Below, piece by piece: positions 1 through 7,421 of a stretch of 36,732 nt of DNA. Source of the DNA: a virus. Location: the IMG/VR virus record IMGVR_UViG_3300031920_000373, positions 64,758 through 101,489 of that record, one strand, 5' to 3'. The translations under genes and the position numbers were made by a program. The notes under the pieces are model-generated. The model made no database searches. It saw nothing but the letters and a program-made list of their open reading frames with translations, and had not been told where the DNA came from. The stretch's first letter is position 1, and the number at the start of each line of letters is the position of its first letter.

Positions 1-98
1 ATCAAAAATTAACCAATCTGGAACTTGCTCTTTATGACCATGATATAAAGAAGGGTAAAGAAATCATTCAGGAGATCAAAAAGGAAGTAGGGATATGA
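1..98 (+). CDS. Partial hypothetical protein (3' end)
   Basis: Frame 3 is open from the window edge (QKLTNLELALYDHDIKKGKEIIQEIKKEVGI*); its TGA overlaps the next ATG (ATGA, 95-98). Confidence 0.55.
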   Translation, partial: QKLTNLELALYDHDIKKGKEIIQEIKKEVGI

Positions 99-364
99 AC
101 AAAGTAAATACCTTAAAAGAGGTTCTGGATAAAATACTTTCAGAAATGTCCTTGCCCGACAGGAATAGACTTAAAAAAATAAAGGAAGATGATTTGATCA
201 TGCTACACCATACATTAGGTATGCAGATCAGAAACGTGTTCCTTCTTTGGGATGGCAATATTAATCTGGCAAAGGACATGGATCTGGCAAAGGATACACA
301 TGCTGATGAGGTTTCTCAAAAAATCATAGAAGCATTATGGAGGAGATTGCAAAATGAGCCATAA
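95..364 (+). CDS. DUF6794-like small protein
   Basis: Motif LHHTLGMQIRNVFLLW...HADEVSQKIIEALW recalls DUF6794; coupled to neighbouring genes. Confidence 0.6.
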   Translation: MNKVNTLKEVLDKILSEMSLPDRNRLKKIKEDDLIMLHHTLGMQIRNVFLLWDGNINLAKDMDLAKDTHADEVSQKIIEALWRRLQNEP

Positions 365-695
365 ATTCATGTTCGGTACAGATGATGATATACCTGTTAA
401 GTTAGCAGAGGGATTCAAATTCTCCTTATGTGATGATGAATGTCCTTATCTCTGCCCTACGGAGGCAGAACAAAATGCGGAAAAGAAGAGGAAAAAAGAA
501 TACAAGGCCAAAGTCCCCAGAGATTGGTGGAAACATGTGTGCTATAGGTATAATCAGCAAGTATATCACGGACCTATTCACCCAGAAATTATAGCAGTAA
601 AAGGATGTAAATATTCAATTAAAGGAGACAGAAAATGTCAGAAGGAAATACCAAATGTAAATTGTATGGAAATTGCCCTGAGTTCACCACAGTAG
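354..695 (+). CDS. Hypothetical Cys-containing protein
   Basis: 113-aa ORF with GGAGGAG SD upstream, overlapping the previous stop. Confidence 0.55.
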   Translation: MSHKFMFGTDDDIPVKLAEGFKFSLCDDECPYLCPTEAEQNAEKKRKKEYKAKVPRDWWKHVCYRYNQQVYHGPIHPEIIAVKGCKYSIKGDRKCQKEIPNVNCMEIALSSPQ

Positions 696-1096
696 ACAAA
701 TGCACCACAGGGTGTGACTATTACAATCCTAAAAACCCTGATGAGGAAATTGACATTCCGGAAGAAGTAATGGCAAAGACTGAGGCAGAAGAACGTCCGG
801 AGATTAAATTGATATTCAGTGATCTTCCCAAGTTTGACAAGATCCATGAATTTTTCGTCATGAAAAAACATGTGTTCATGATGCAAAGCATCAGCCCGAA
901 AAAGATTATCCTCAAATACAAGAGGAGATTGAAAGATACAGATAAATTGAATGATGGTTGTTACATCTTCAGGAATCAGAAAAATGAACTGCTTGAACCT
1001 GAAAAGGTATTCAAAAAGTTTGATCGCCAATCCAAAGAAAAATTGGCAAAGGCCGGGGCGGAAATAAAGGCAAAGAACACAGAAAAGGATAAATAA
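635..1096 (+). CDS. Hypothetical protein
   Basis: 153-aa ORF; AAGGAG SD before ATG 635; N-terminal Cys cluster. Confidence 0.7.
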   Translation: MSEGNTKCKLYGNCPEFTTVDKCTTGCDYYNPKNPDEEIDIPEEVMAKTEAEERPEIKLIFSDLPKFDKIHEFFVMKKHVFMMQSISPKKIILKYKRRLKDTDKLNDGCYIFRNQKNELLEPEKVFKKFDRQSKEKLAKAGAEIKAKNTEKDK

Positions 1097-1097
1097 A

Positions 1098-1298
1098 ATG
1101 AGCAACCCTGATAAGACTGTGGTAGATGTGCTGGATAAACCTTTCCCTGATTATTTGACCAGATATCAAAGAAAACCCAAAGAAATAAAAGGTTTAGATC
1201 AAAGTAGAATTGATGAAATCCTTGATAGACTGGACAGAATAGAACAAGGTGTTAGAAGTCTTACAGGGTTGCAACTCATTAATGGAATTTGGCAATAA
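1098..1298 (+). CDS. Hypothetical protein (short coiled coil)
   Basis: Tightly packed between neighbours; IDEILDRLDRIEQ heptad pattern. Confidence 0.65.
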   Translation: MSNPDKTVVDVLDKPFPDYLTRYQRKPKEIKGLDQSRIDEILDRLDRIEQGVRSLTGLQLINGIWQ

Positions 1299-1637
1299 AT
1301 GGAAAATCCTCTTGTACTGTGTAATAGATTTCCAAACGACAAGCTGACTTTGGAAAAACTCGCTGAGGAAGCGGCAGAAGTTATCCAGGCTAAATCAAAG
1401 ATCATTCATTTTGGTTTGCTGGACACATACAATAATACCAAAAATCATCCTGATCAGACAAATCAGGAGAAACTTGAAACTGAATTAGGCCATCTTTTTG
1501 CTGTTGTGGACATCCTTGTCGCTCGGGGAATAGTGCGATATGATAGGATATATGGAGTAAAAGAAGAAAAATGGGATAAGATGGAACACTGGAATAAACA
1601 CAAAGGATCTATAACGAAAAAAGGAGAATTATTTTGA
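1299..1637 (+). CDS. MazG-like all-alpha NTP pyrophosphohydrolase
   Basis: Acidic helical motifs KLAEEAAEVIQA and LETELGHL, typical of MazG/NTP-PPase folds. Confidence 0.65.
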   Translation: MENPLVLCNRFPNDKLTLEKLAEEAAEVIQAKSKIIHFGLLDTYNNTKNHPDQTNQEKLETELGHLFAVVDILVARGIVRYDRIYGVKEEKWDKMEHWNKHKGSITKKGELF

Positions 1638-2401
1638 TTAAAGTACTTATTATGAATGGACCCGCTGAATCTGGAAAAGGAACAGTTGCAAAGTATCTAA
1701 AAGAATTGTTTGAATTTAAAATTGGGGAATATTCTTCAATTACTTATGTCAAAGCAGTTGCAATCGGTACGTTCGACTGGAATGGCAAGAAGGACACGGC
1801 TGGAAGAAACCTTCTTGCAGGAATCAAACAAGCCATGATAGCTTACAATGATCTGCCTACAAAAAAAGTGATTGAGGAAATAGATCGTGCGTCTGCCTAT
1901 AACGTAGATATTCTTATAGTAGATATCAGAGAACCTGATGAAATTGAAAAACTGGTAACAATTTGTAAATTCAAGAGTTTGCAATGTGTTACCTGTCGTG
2001 TCATTAATACAAAGGCAGAAATCGAGGCTGAGAAAAATGATCTTAGTATAACTGGTGATCGTTTGTATGGTAAATATGATTACGATGTGGAAATTGACAA
2101 CAATGGTACTCTGGAACAGTTGAAAAATAATGTAAAGGCCGTCTTTGGGGATGTTTATGGTAGCGTGGGTTGTGGTACATCACCCGATCATGTGATTGAT
2201 TCCATGAAGTATGCCATGAAAGCGATGTCAGGCACAGTTAATGTTGTAAAAGGAAAAAACGAGAATAACCGTCAGCTTCCTTTCATTTCCTTGGTACATG
2301 GAAGGACTTGTAGTGAATGTGATTCTGAAAATGTATTCATGAGTCAGGCACACAATGCTATAGTTTGTGATTTTTGTGGACAACGATATAACGGGAGATA
2401 A
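1634..2401 (+). CDS. P-loop deoxynucleoside monophosphate kinase-like protein with C-terminal Zn ribbon
   Basis: Walker A GPAESGKGT; W-x-G-x-KD..GR.LL; DIREPDE; IDNNGTLEQL; C-terminal CSEC...CDFC. Confidence 0.75.
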   Translation: MIKVLIMNGPAESGKGTVAKYLKELFEFKIGEYSSITYVKAVAIGTFDWNGKKDTAGRNLLAGIKQAMIAYNDLPTKKVIEEIDRASAYNVDILIVDIREPDEIEKLVTICKFKSLQCVTCRVINTKAEIEAEKNDLSITGDRLYGKYDYDVEIDNNGTLEQLKNNVKAVFGDVYGSVGCGTSPDHVIDSMKYAMKAMSGTVNVVKGKNENNRQLPFISLVHGRTCSECDSENVFMSQAHNAIVCDFCGQRYNGR

Positions 2402-2402
2402 A

Positions 2403-2588
2403 ATGACACAATACGAGGAATTACACAATCAATTAATGTATAATCCTTGGACAGGTAATTTTTATTGGAAAATAGATAAAGCTAACGGCAAAGTAAAGGC
2501 AGGGGAACAGTGTGTTAATTGGGCGGGATGTGATGATAACAGTCCCGCATTTTAATATGTAAAAAATAATATACAAAAAGGAATTTAA
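2403..2588 (+). pseudogene. Internally deleted HNH-AP2 homing endonuclease remnant
   Basis: N-terminus (LMYNPWTGNFYWK...KVKAG) and C-terminus (AGEQCVNWAGCDDNSPAF*YVK) match the two ends of the intact HNH-AP2 at 32938-33471; nuclease core absent; in-frame TAA at 2553-2555. Confidence 0.8.
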
Positions 2589-2589
2589 A

Positions 2590-3438
2590 ATGGCACAAAA
2601 TGTAATCTTTGTGGAAGCAACAAACTTACCTGATCTATGGTATCAAACTCTATACAAAGCGGTAGAGTTTGGAAGAGATTTTACAGTAGATACGGGATCA
2701 TATGAAGGCCAAAGACGAAAAGAGTTCGATTTTGTTGTCCTACATTCTAAATGTCCTGGGGTGGGGGCACTTCTTCCGAAACTGAATCCCGCTTTGAATC
2801 TGGATGATCCTTGTGCCCAAGATTTTCTTGATCAATATATGCCTTACCTCATGACTGGAGAAGAACAACCTGGTGAGGCGTACACGTACGGACAAAGAAT
2901 ATGTGCCGCCAAACTTAGTGTGGCTGATATGAGTGCGAGTGGAATGGCTAACACTGACATCATGATATCAGGTTTCGGTGAGTTAGTGGAACAAGGAATA
3001 ATTTCTTTGTATAAAAATAATGAAAATGTAAAAGAAGGCGAAGGGTGGGACCATCTTCGTGTAAATCAATTGGAACTCATGATTTGGACATACAAAAATA
3101 AAGGATTTCGTAACAATCAAATGATTTTACAAGTAGGAAAACCTACTGACATGCTTCTGAAAGATCCTCCTTGTCTGCGCCACATTGGTACCAGGATTCA
3201 AGACGGTAAACTTCACTTCTATCCTTATTTCAGATCATGGGATTTATGGGGAGGTCTTCCTGCGAATCTCGCTGCCATAGAACTCATGAAACAATATTGC
3301 GCGGAACAGATTGGTGTTGAAAATGGAGAGATCATATGCTCAAGTAAAGGGTTACATTTGTATTCATATGTGTGGGAGATTGCAGAACTTGTAAGAGGAA
3401 AAACATCAAAAGAATTTGCAAAGGAACTGTCAAAATGA
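2590..3438 (+). CDS. thyA: Thymidylate synthase (ThyA fold, archaeal/deltaproteobacterial-like subtype)
   Basis: YTYGQRI, catalytic DPPCL, FRSWDLWGGLPANL (Asn at the dUMP-specificity position), GLHLY. Confidence 0.9.
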   Translation: MAQNVIFVEATNLPDLWYQTLYKAVEFGRDFTVDTGSYEGQRRKEFDFVVLHSKCPGVGALLPKLNPALNLDDPCAQDFLDQYMPYLMTGEEQPGEAYTYGQRICAAKLSVADMSASGMANTDIMISGFGELVEQGIISLYKNNENVKEGEGWDHLRVNQLELMIWTYKNKGFRNNQMILQVGKPTDMLLKDPPCLRHIGTRIQDGKLHFYPYFRSWDLWGGLPANLAAIELMKQYCAEQIGVENGEIICSSKGLHLYSYVWEIAELVRGKTSKEFAKELSK

Positions 3439-4043
3439 AAAAATTACTTAATGTCCTTCAAGAAAGGGAAATAGTGCATTCGTATTTGAAAAATGAAAAT
3501 ACCAAAAAGCTTGCCGAATCTTATGAAGTAAGTCAAGATACCATAAGAAGGACATTAAGTAGAAAAGGTGTTCTAAAAACAAAGATTGATATTAATAAAA
3601 AAATTAATATTTGGAATCATTATGAAGTATCCGAAAATAGTTGTTGGGAATGGACTCTTTCTCTAAGAACAGATGGGTATGGGCAATTTTGTGTAGAAGG
3701 AAAAATGCATGGAGCACATGTATTGGCTTATGAAGTACATAATAAAACAAAAGTTTCACGTGGTTTATTGGTATGCCATACGTGTGATAATCCTAAATGT
3801 ATTAATCCAGATCATTTATTTTTAGGAACTCATCAAGACAATAAAAATGATTGTGTTGGTAAGCATAGACACTCAAGGGGAGAAAAAGTCAATACCTCCA
3901 AATTGGATGAAAAACAAGTAATGGAAATTAGAAAAATATATGAAAAAGGAAATAAAAATCAAAAAGAATTGGGTATTATTTATGGAGTTTCACAAGTGCA
4001 AATCTCCAGTATAATCAGAAAACAATCATGGAGTCACATATGA
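3435..4043 (+). CDS. Free-standing HNH homing endonuclease with HTH domains
   Basis: CWEW...DGYG...AHVLAY...VCHTCDNPKCINPDHLFLGTHQDNKND; HTH-like segments at both ends; probable start is the ATG overlapping the thyA stop. Confidence 0.9.
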   Translation: MKKLLNVLQEREIVHSYLKNENTKKLAESYEVSQDTIRRTLSRKGVLKTKIDINKKINIWNHYEVSENSCWEWTLSLRTDGYGQFCVEGKMHGAHVLAYEVHNKTKVSRGLLVCHTCDNPKCINPDHLFLGTHQDNKNDCVGKHRHSRGEKVNTSKLDEKQVMEIRKIYEKGNKNQKELGIIYGVSQVQISSIIRKQSWSHI

Positions 4044-4204
4044 AGAATCTTTATAATTATGTCTGGGAAATTGCCGAAACGGTTCGTGGACGTTCTGCGG
4101 AAGAATTTAAAGCGGAAATGGGAAAAGATGCATCTAATATGGAAGGGCATGATTTCAGAATCAAACAAAATATACCCTATGGTAATCATATCTCGGGGGG
4201 GTAG
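4040..4204 (+). pseudogene. Displaced duplicate of the thyA 3' end (54-aa ORF)
   Basis: Reads MKNLYNYVWEIAETVRGRSAEEFKAEMGK..., matching the ThyA C-terminus LYSYVWEIAELVRGKTSKEFAKELSK. Confidence 0.8.
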
Positions 4205-4209
4205 AAAAA

Positions 4210-4374
4210 GTGGAAGCAATAATAATTGATGGCAGGCTCTGTATAAAAGTTGGTGAGGTTGAACATATGCTTAATCTTAAAGAGGCTGAAAAGCTCATGA
4301 CTGAAATATTCGTTGTCATAAAAGATATCAATCTTGCTAAATTTAGAGCCATAAGAAACCTAAAAGTAGATTAA
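4210..4374 (+). CDS. Small hypothetical protein (54 aa, GTG start)
   Basis: VEAIIIDGRLCIKVGEVEHMLNLKEAEKLMTEIFVVIKDINLAKFRAIRNLKVD; G-rich SD-like run upstream; below the ORF-track cutoff. Confidence 0.5.
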   Translation: MEAIIIDGRLCIKVGEVEHMLNLKEAEKLMTEIFVVIKDINLAKFRAIRNLKVD

Positions 4375-4462
4375 GAGGTTAACAGAAATGTGGAGAAGGA
4401 TTAGCCCGGATGACTGTCGCAATAAAAGCGAAGGAAGTTAAGTTCACTCCACATTATAAAAT

Positions 4463-4861
4463 ATGGGAATTAACATGCAAAACCAAATAAAGATTGAGGA
4501 TATTTGTAATATACTGGAAATTTCTCCTAATTCATATGGATTGCATGGAAACATGCAAAAAGAGGAAGCAGAAATAGCCCTTCAGGACTTTAAGGGTATC
4601 GTAAAGAAACAACATAGAGTTTTGGCGAAAAAGTATCATCCAGATCTTCCTTCTTCCGGTGAATCTGAATTAGCCAAAATGAAAGAGATCAATTCCACTA
4701 TTGACCTTATAATGAAACTTAAAATCACAAGAGTGGCACCGAGATCACAAAATATTCATTTTATAAGAAGGCAAGGATTTGGCGGAATGACATGGAGTAA
4801 TAATTCTTCTTCTACTTCTACTACTTCAAATTTCAACGAATTTAAGTTCTACAGATACTAA
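4463..4861 (+). CDS. J-domain (DnaJ-like) protein
   Basis: ILEI...VKKQHRVLAKKYHPD...KMKEINS with an intact HPD motif; real start may be the second Met (MQNQ). Confidence 0.8.
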   Translation: MGINMQNQIKIEDICNILEISPNSYGLHGNMQKEEAEIALQDFKGIVKKQHRVLAKKYHPDLPSSGESELAKMKEINSTIDLIMKLKITRVAPRSQNIHFIRRQGFGGMTWSNNSSSTSTTSNFNEFKFYRY

Positions 4862-4864
4862 AAA

Positions 4865-4927
4865 ATCACATTATGAAGAGTTTCTATAGCTGTATTACTC
4901 AGTTACAGAAACTCTTTATAGTGTGAT
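4865..4927. terminator. 28-bp imperfect inverted repeat between convergent operons (probable terminator or processing site)
   Basis: atcacattatgaagagtttctatagctg / cagttacagaaactctttatagtgtgat; 4 mismatches, 3 of which are G-U pairs on the + strand. Confidence 0.6.
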
Positions 4928-4958
4928 ATCAATTACAATCTAAGACTCTTAAAATAAG

Positions 4959-5363
4959 CTACCAAGAAACGTACTTTGTAACAAAAGAAGTTAAATTAAC
5001 TCCATATTTGTCCCACCCAAATTCAGCTCCGAGTTGTTCTAAGCGCACATAATAACCTATAACATACCCTTTTTCTTCGAAAGTTAAACTTTCCTTCTTT
5101 GCAAGAATATTCAACTCATTCATTATGCCTGTGAGTAACTTCGGCATTTCAAGATCAAAATTTGATGCCAGTAAGCCTTTAATTAATCCAGAAACATAGG
5201 GCCAAGCTTGTATGGATTGTTCAGCACTAATTATACCTTTATTTGCTGATTCTTGAAAAGATGATCCAATTATAACTCCAATGTCAGTGGCTATTTTTGT
5301 TGTGGCACATCCTGTAAAAAATAAAATACTAATCACCATCAATGATGTAATTATTTTTTTCAT
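4959..5363 (-). CDS. Lipoprotein, last gene of the lysis cassette (spanin role possible, unproven)
   Basis: MKKIITSLMVISILFFTG-C signal peptide II/lipobox; AAGGAG SD before ATG 5363. Confidence 0.75.
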   Translation of the reverse strand: MKKIITSLMVISILFFTGCATTKIATDIGVIIGSSFQESANKGIISAEQSIQAWPYVSGLIKGLLASNFDLEMPKLLTGIMNELNILAKKESLTFEEKGYVIGYYVRLEQLGAEFGWDKYGVNLTSFVTKYVSW

Positions 5364-5461
5364 TTTTTTCTCCTTTCCTTTATTCTTCGTTCCGGGCAAT
5401 ATGCCGTGTACAAAAATTGTCTTCTATCCTTTATTCCTCTTCTTTCTTTTTTGGTCAGCAT
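5360..5461 (-). CDS. 33-aa Arg-rich [D/E]RR-repeat peptide
   Basis: MLTKKERRGIKDRRQFLYTAYCPERRIKERRKK; GGAG 8 nt before ATG; starts just after the upstream stop and its TGA overlaps the lipoprotein ATG. Confidence 0.7.
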   Translation of the reverse strand: MLTKKERRGIKDRRQFLYTAYCPERRIKERRKK

Positions 5462-5463
5462 AA

Positions 5464-6000
5464 TTAAATCTCCGCAAATAGTCCTGGAAAATCAGCGTAT
5501 AAATTATTATTAGCTTTTCTATTTTCCCTCCATCCGATGTAACCCGCAACAGATAAAGTTTTCTTTGCAATATTGGAAGCTTTTTTAAACCCACTTTCCC
5601 AAGCACAAAGGCTTTCAAATATTTCATCAAGTTCACTTTTGGTAAATGTTTTGATATAAAGTTCCCCGGTCATCTCACTTACCAGAATCAAGCACTTATA
5701 ACGATAACCGAAGTCATGTGGCAGGGCACCCAGAAGCAACATTCCGTTTGTACTGAAAAGGCCATTCAATGCTTTGGGAACACTTGCTCCGTCCGATAGA
5801 AAAGAAACAGGCACAAATATGTAGGAGTTCAATAAAGGAACCCAAAGAACATAATCAACCATAACCTCACTCCATCTGCGATAGGTGAGAAATTTTATAA
5901 GTTTCTGATACCAATTACGCTTTGGCGGAACTTTATATACTGCCCTTGATATCGGAAAATGTATTTCTTTTGTAAAATTTACTGTATCCAGTATTCTCAT
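5464..6000 (-). CDS. DUF1353-family protein
   Basis: VP..FLSDGASVPK...GALPHDFGY...KSELDEIF pattern; the family is common near phage lysis genes. Confidence 0.8.
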   Translation of the reverse strand: MRILDTVNFTKEIHFPISRAVYKVPPKRNWYQKLIKFLTYRRWSEVMVDYVLWVPLLNSYIFVPVSFLSDGASVPKALNGLFSTNGMLLLGALPHDFGYRYKCLILVSEMTGELYIKTFTKSELDEIFESLCAWESGFKKASNIAKKTLSVAGYIGWRENRKANNNLYADFPGLFAEI

Positions 6001-6179
6001 AGTAGCTCCTTTGATGTCCTGCTTTGCAGTTCCAGTAAAAATCCTAATATCCTTGTATGCCTCTTTATAATATCAGGAGAGGTTTCTTTCTCCAATAAGG
6101 TTGACTCCTCTGAAATTAGTTTAACAAGCTCAACATGATCACCAAGTTCCGAACTGTTTATTTTTGTACAACTTATCAT
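5997..6179 (-). CDS. Small hypothetical protein (start uncertain)
   Basis: Fills the gap between endolysin and DUF1353; stop overlaps the next ATG; ATG 6179 has an upstream GGAG. Confidence 0.4.
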   Translation of the reverse strand: MISCTKINSSELGDHVELVKLISEESTLLEKETSPDIIKRHTRILGFLLELQSRTSKELL

Positions 6180-6651
6180 TGTCGAATAATCTCCAATACT
6201 CAGAGTTTTTCTGTGGATATCTATAACAATCGGAAATCTCTTTTGTTTCCCTGTCATAAAGTTTATGACAAAACCAAATCCAAGGATAAACTCTTTTCCT
6301 TATATCCAAATGAAACATGACCCAGGGTTTTACATCTGGTCCTGCTGTATCAAGATATATTCCAATACCTGTAAATAACCCGGAATGCAATATCTTTGAA
6401 TAAATTTCAAAAGGCACACCTTCAATGAACTGATCAGAAGCAGTAGATTTCCTTCCAATAGCATAGTGTTGTGAAGTCTTTGATCCATAATCTCTGGCCA
6501 ATGCTCCTGGGACGGGGGAAGGGAACATTCTATTGCCTAATAATTCCCTTAAAGCTCCTAAAGCATACATCAATTCAGGATCTGCATATTTATTTGGATC
6601 TTCTGAAAATTCCCCTGGTGATAGTTTATAAACATAATCCCAATTTATCAT
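6139..6651 (-). CDS. Peptidase M15 (M15A-like) Zn endolysin
   Basis: L..LRE...SQH(Y)...ASD...GIGIY...FHLDIR supply the His/Asp/His Zn ligands of M15 peptidases. Confidence 0.8.
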   Translation of the reverse strand: MINWDYVYKLSPGEFSEDPNKYADPELMYALGALRELLGNRMFPSPVPGALARDYGSKTSQHYAIGRKSTASDQFIEGVPFEIYSKILHSGLFTGIGIYLDTAGPDVKPWVMFHLDIRKRVYPWIWFCHKLYDRETKEISDCYRYPQKNSEYWRLFDNDKLYKNKQFGTW

Positions 6652-7421
6652 ATTATTTTTTCCTTTCTAAAACATCCCCCAAGATGATCACAAATGTTAC
6701 AATCCTTTTTTTCAACTCCATCCATAATATGTGGATTAGGACAAACATGTTTGAACAAGGAGCATTGATTCACCTCGGGAACAATGGCGTAACAAAACAC
6801 ATTATTATCATGGAATATCTTGGTGGCTAATTCATCGTAAATCCACCTGTTTAATTGCCCAGTTAAAAAGGAGGAACGACTCGTAACATCCCACGCAATG
6901 CCTATTGTGCCTATAAACTCTCCTTCGGAATTAAATTGTGGTGTTTTTATAGTATAAAGAAGGATTTCATCATTATCTATTTTTCCTGCTTCCAGAAAGT
7001 GAACAGGTATTCTTTTACTGGCACAATAAATGTCAGAGACAAAACAAATTTCCTCAAATGTATTAATTATTCCATTAGATGTGTATATTTTTTTAATAAG
7101 TTCCTCATCTGTTTTACCTATAACATAATTAAGACATTCCTGCGATCCCTCAAATCCGAAAAAAGACTTACAATGATTTGGATTTGCTAAAATATATTTA
7201 TGGCTTTTGTCTTTCTTCCATACCATTGCTTGGATAGCTTCTGTCAACATACTTAAAGTGGCAATGTATTGTTTATTCCATGAATACAAAGTGTCGTATT
7301 CCTTTTTAAGTAGTTTTATCCTAACTCTGTGGTCTTTTGCTTCTTTGGTGAGTTGCTTTGTAGCTATGGTGGGGTTAAAAAAATTGATTAAAAACTTTCG
7401 TGCCCTTATTATAGCAGTCAT
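6648..7421 (-). CDS. Stand-alone PAS/PAC-domain protein with Cys/His-rich C-terminus
   Basis: MVWKKD...YILAN...IGKTDEEL...TIKTPQFNSEGEFIGTIGIAWDVT is a PAS_4/PAC signature; no kinase or GGDEF output domain. Confidence 0.8.
   Translation of the reverse strand: MTAIIRARKFLINFFNPTIATKQLTKEAKDHRVRIKLLKKEYDTLYSWNKQYIATLSMLTEAIQAMVWKKDKSHKYILANPNHCKSFFGFEGSQECLNYVIGKTDEELIKKIYTSNGIINTFEEICFVSDIYCASKRIPVHFLEAGKIDNDEILLYTIKTPQFNSEGEFIGTIGIAWDVTSRSSFLTGQLNRWIYDELATKIFHDNNVFCYAIVPEVNQCSLFKHVCPNPHIMDGVEKKDCNICDHLGGCFRKEKII

Noticed and set aside
264-294. Direct repeat atctggcaaagga x2
   Set aside because: A simple 18-nt in-frame duplication (NLAKDM/DLAKDT) with no further significance visible.
1299-3438. 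Modified-base pathway (hydroxymethylase, kinase, pyrophosphatase)
   Set aside because: The ThyA-fold protein has the dUMP-type Asn and resembles ordinary cellular enzymes; no modifying transferases occur in the window. Cannot be fully excluded.
3352-4204. Group I intron in thyA (T4 td-like)
   Set aside because: No non-coding space for a ribozyme core: ORFs abut by ATGA overlaps, and thyA is already complete upstream.
4406-4440. Hammerhead ribozyme (CGGAUGA...GAA)
   Set aside because: The core deviates from CUGAUGA/GAAA and only a two-way junction forms.
4959-5363. Unimolecular spanin
   Set aside because: It has a lipobox but no convincing C-terminal transmembrane helix.
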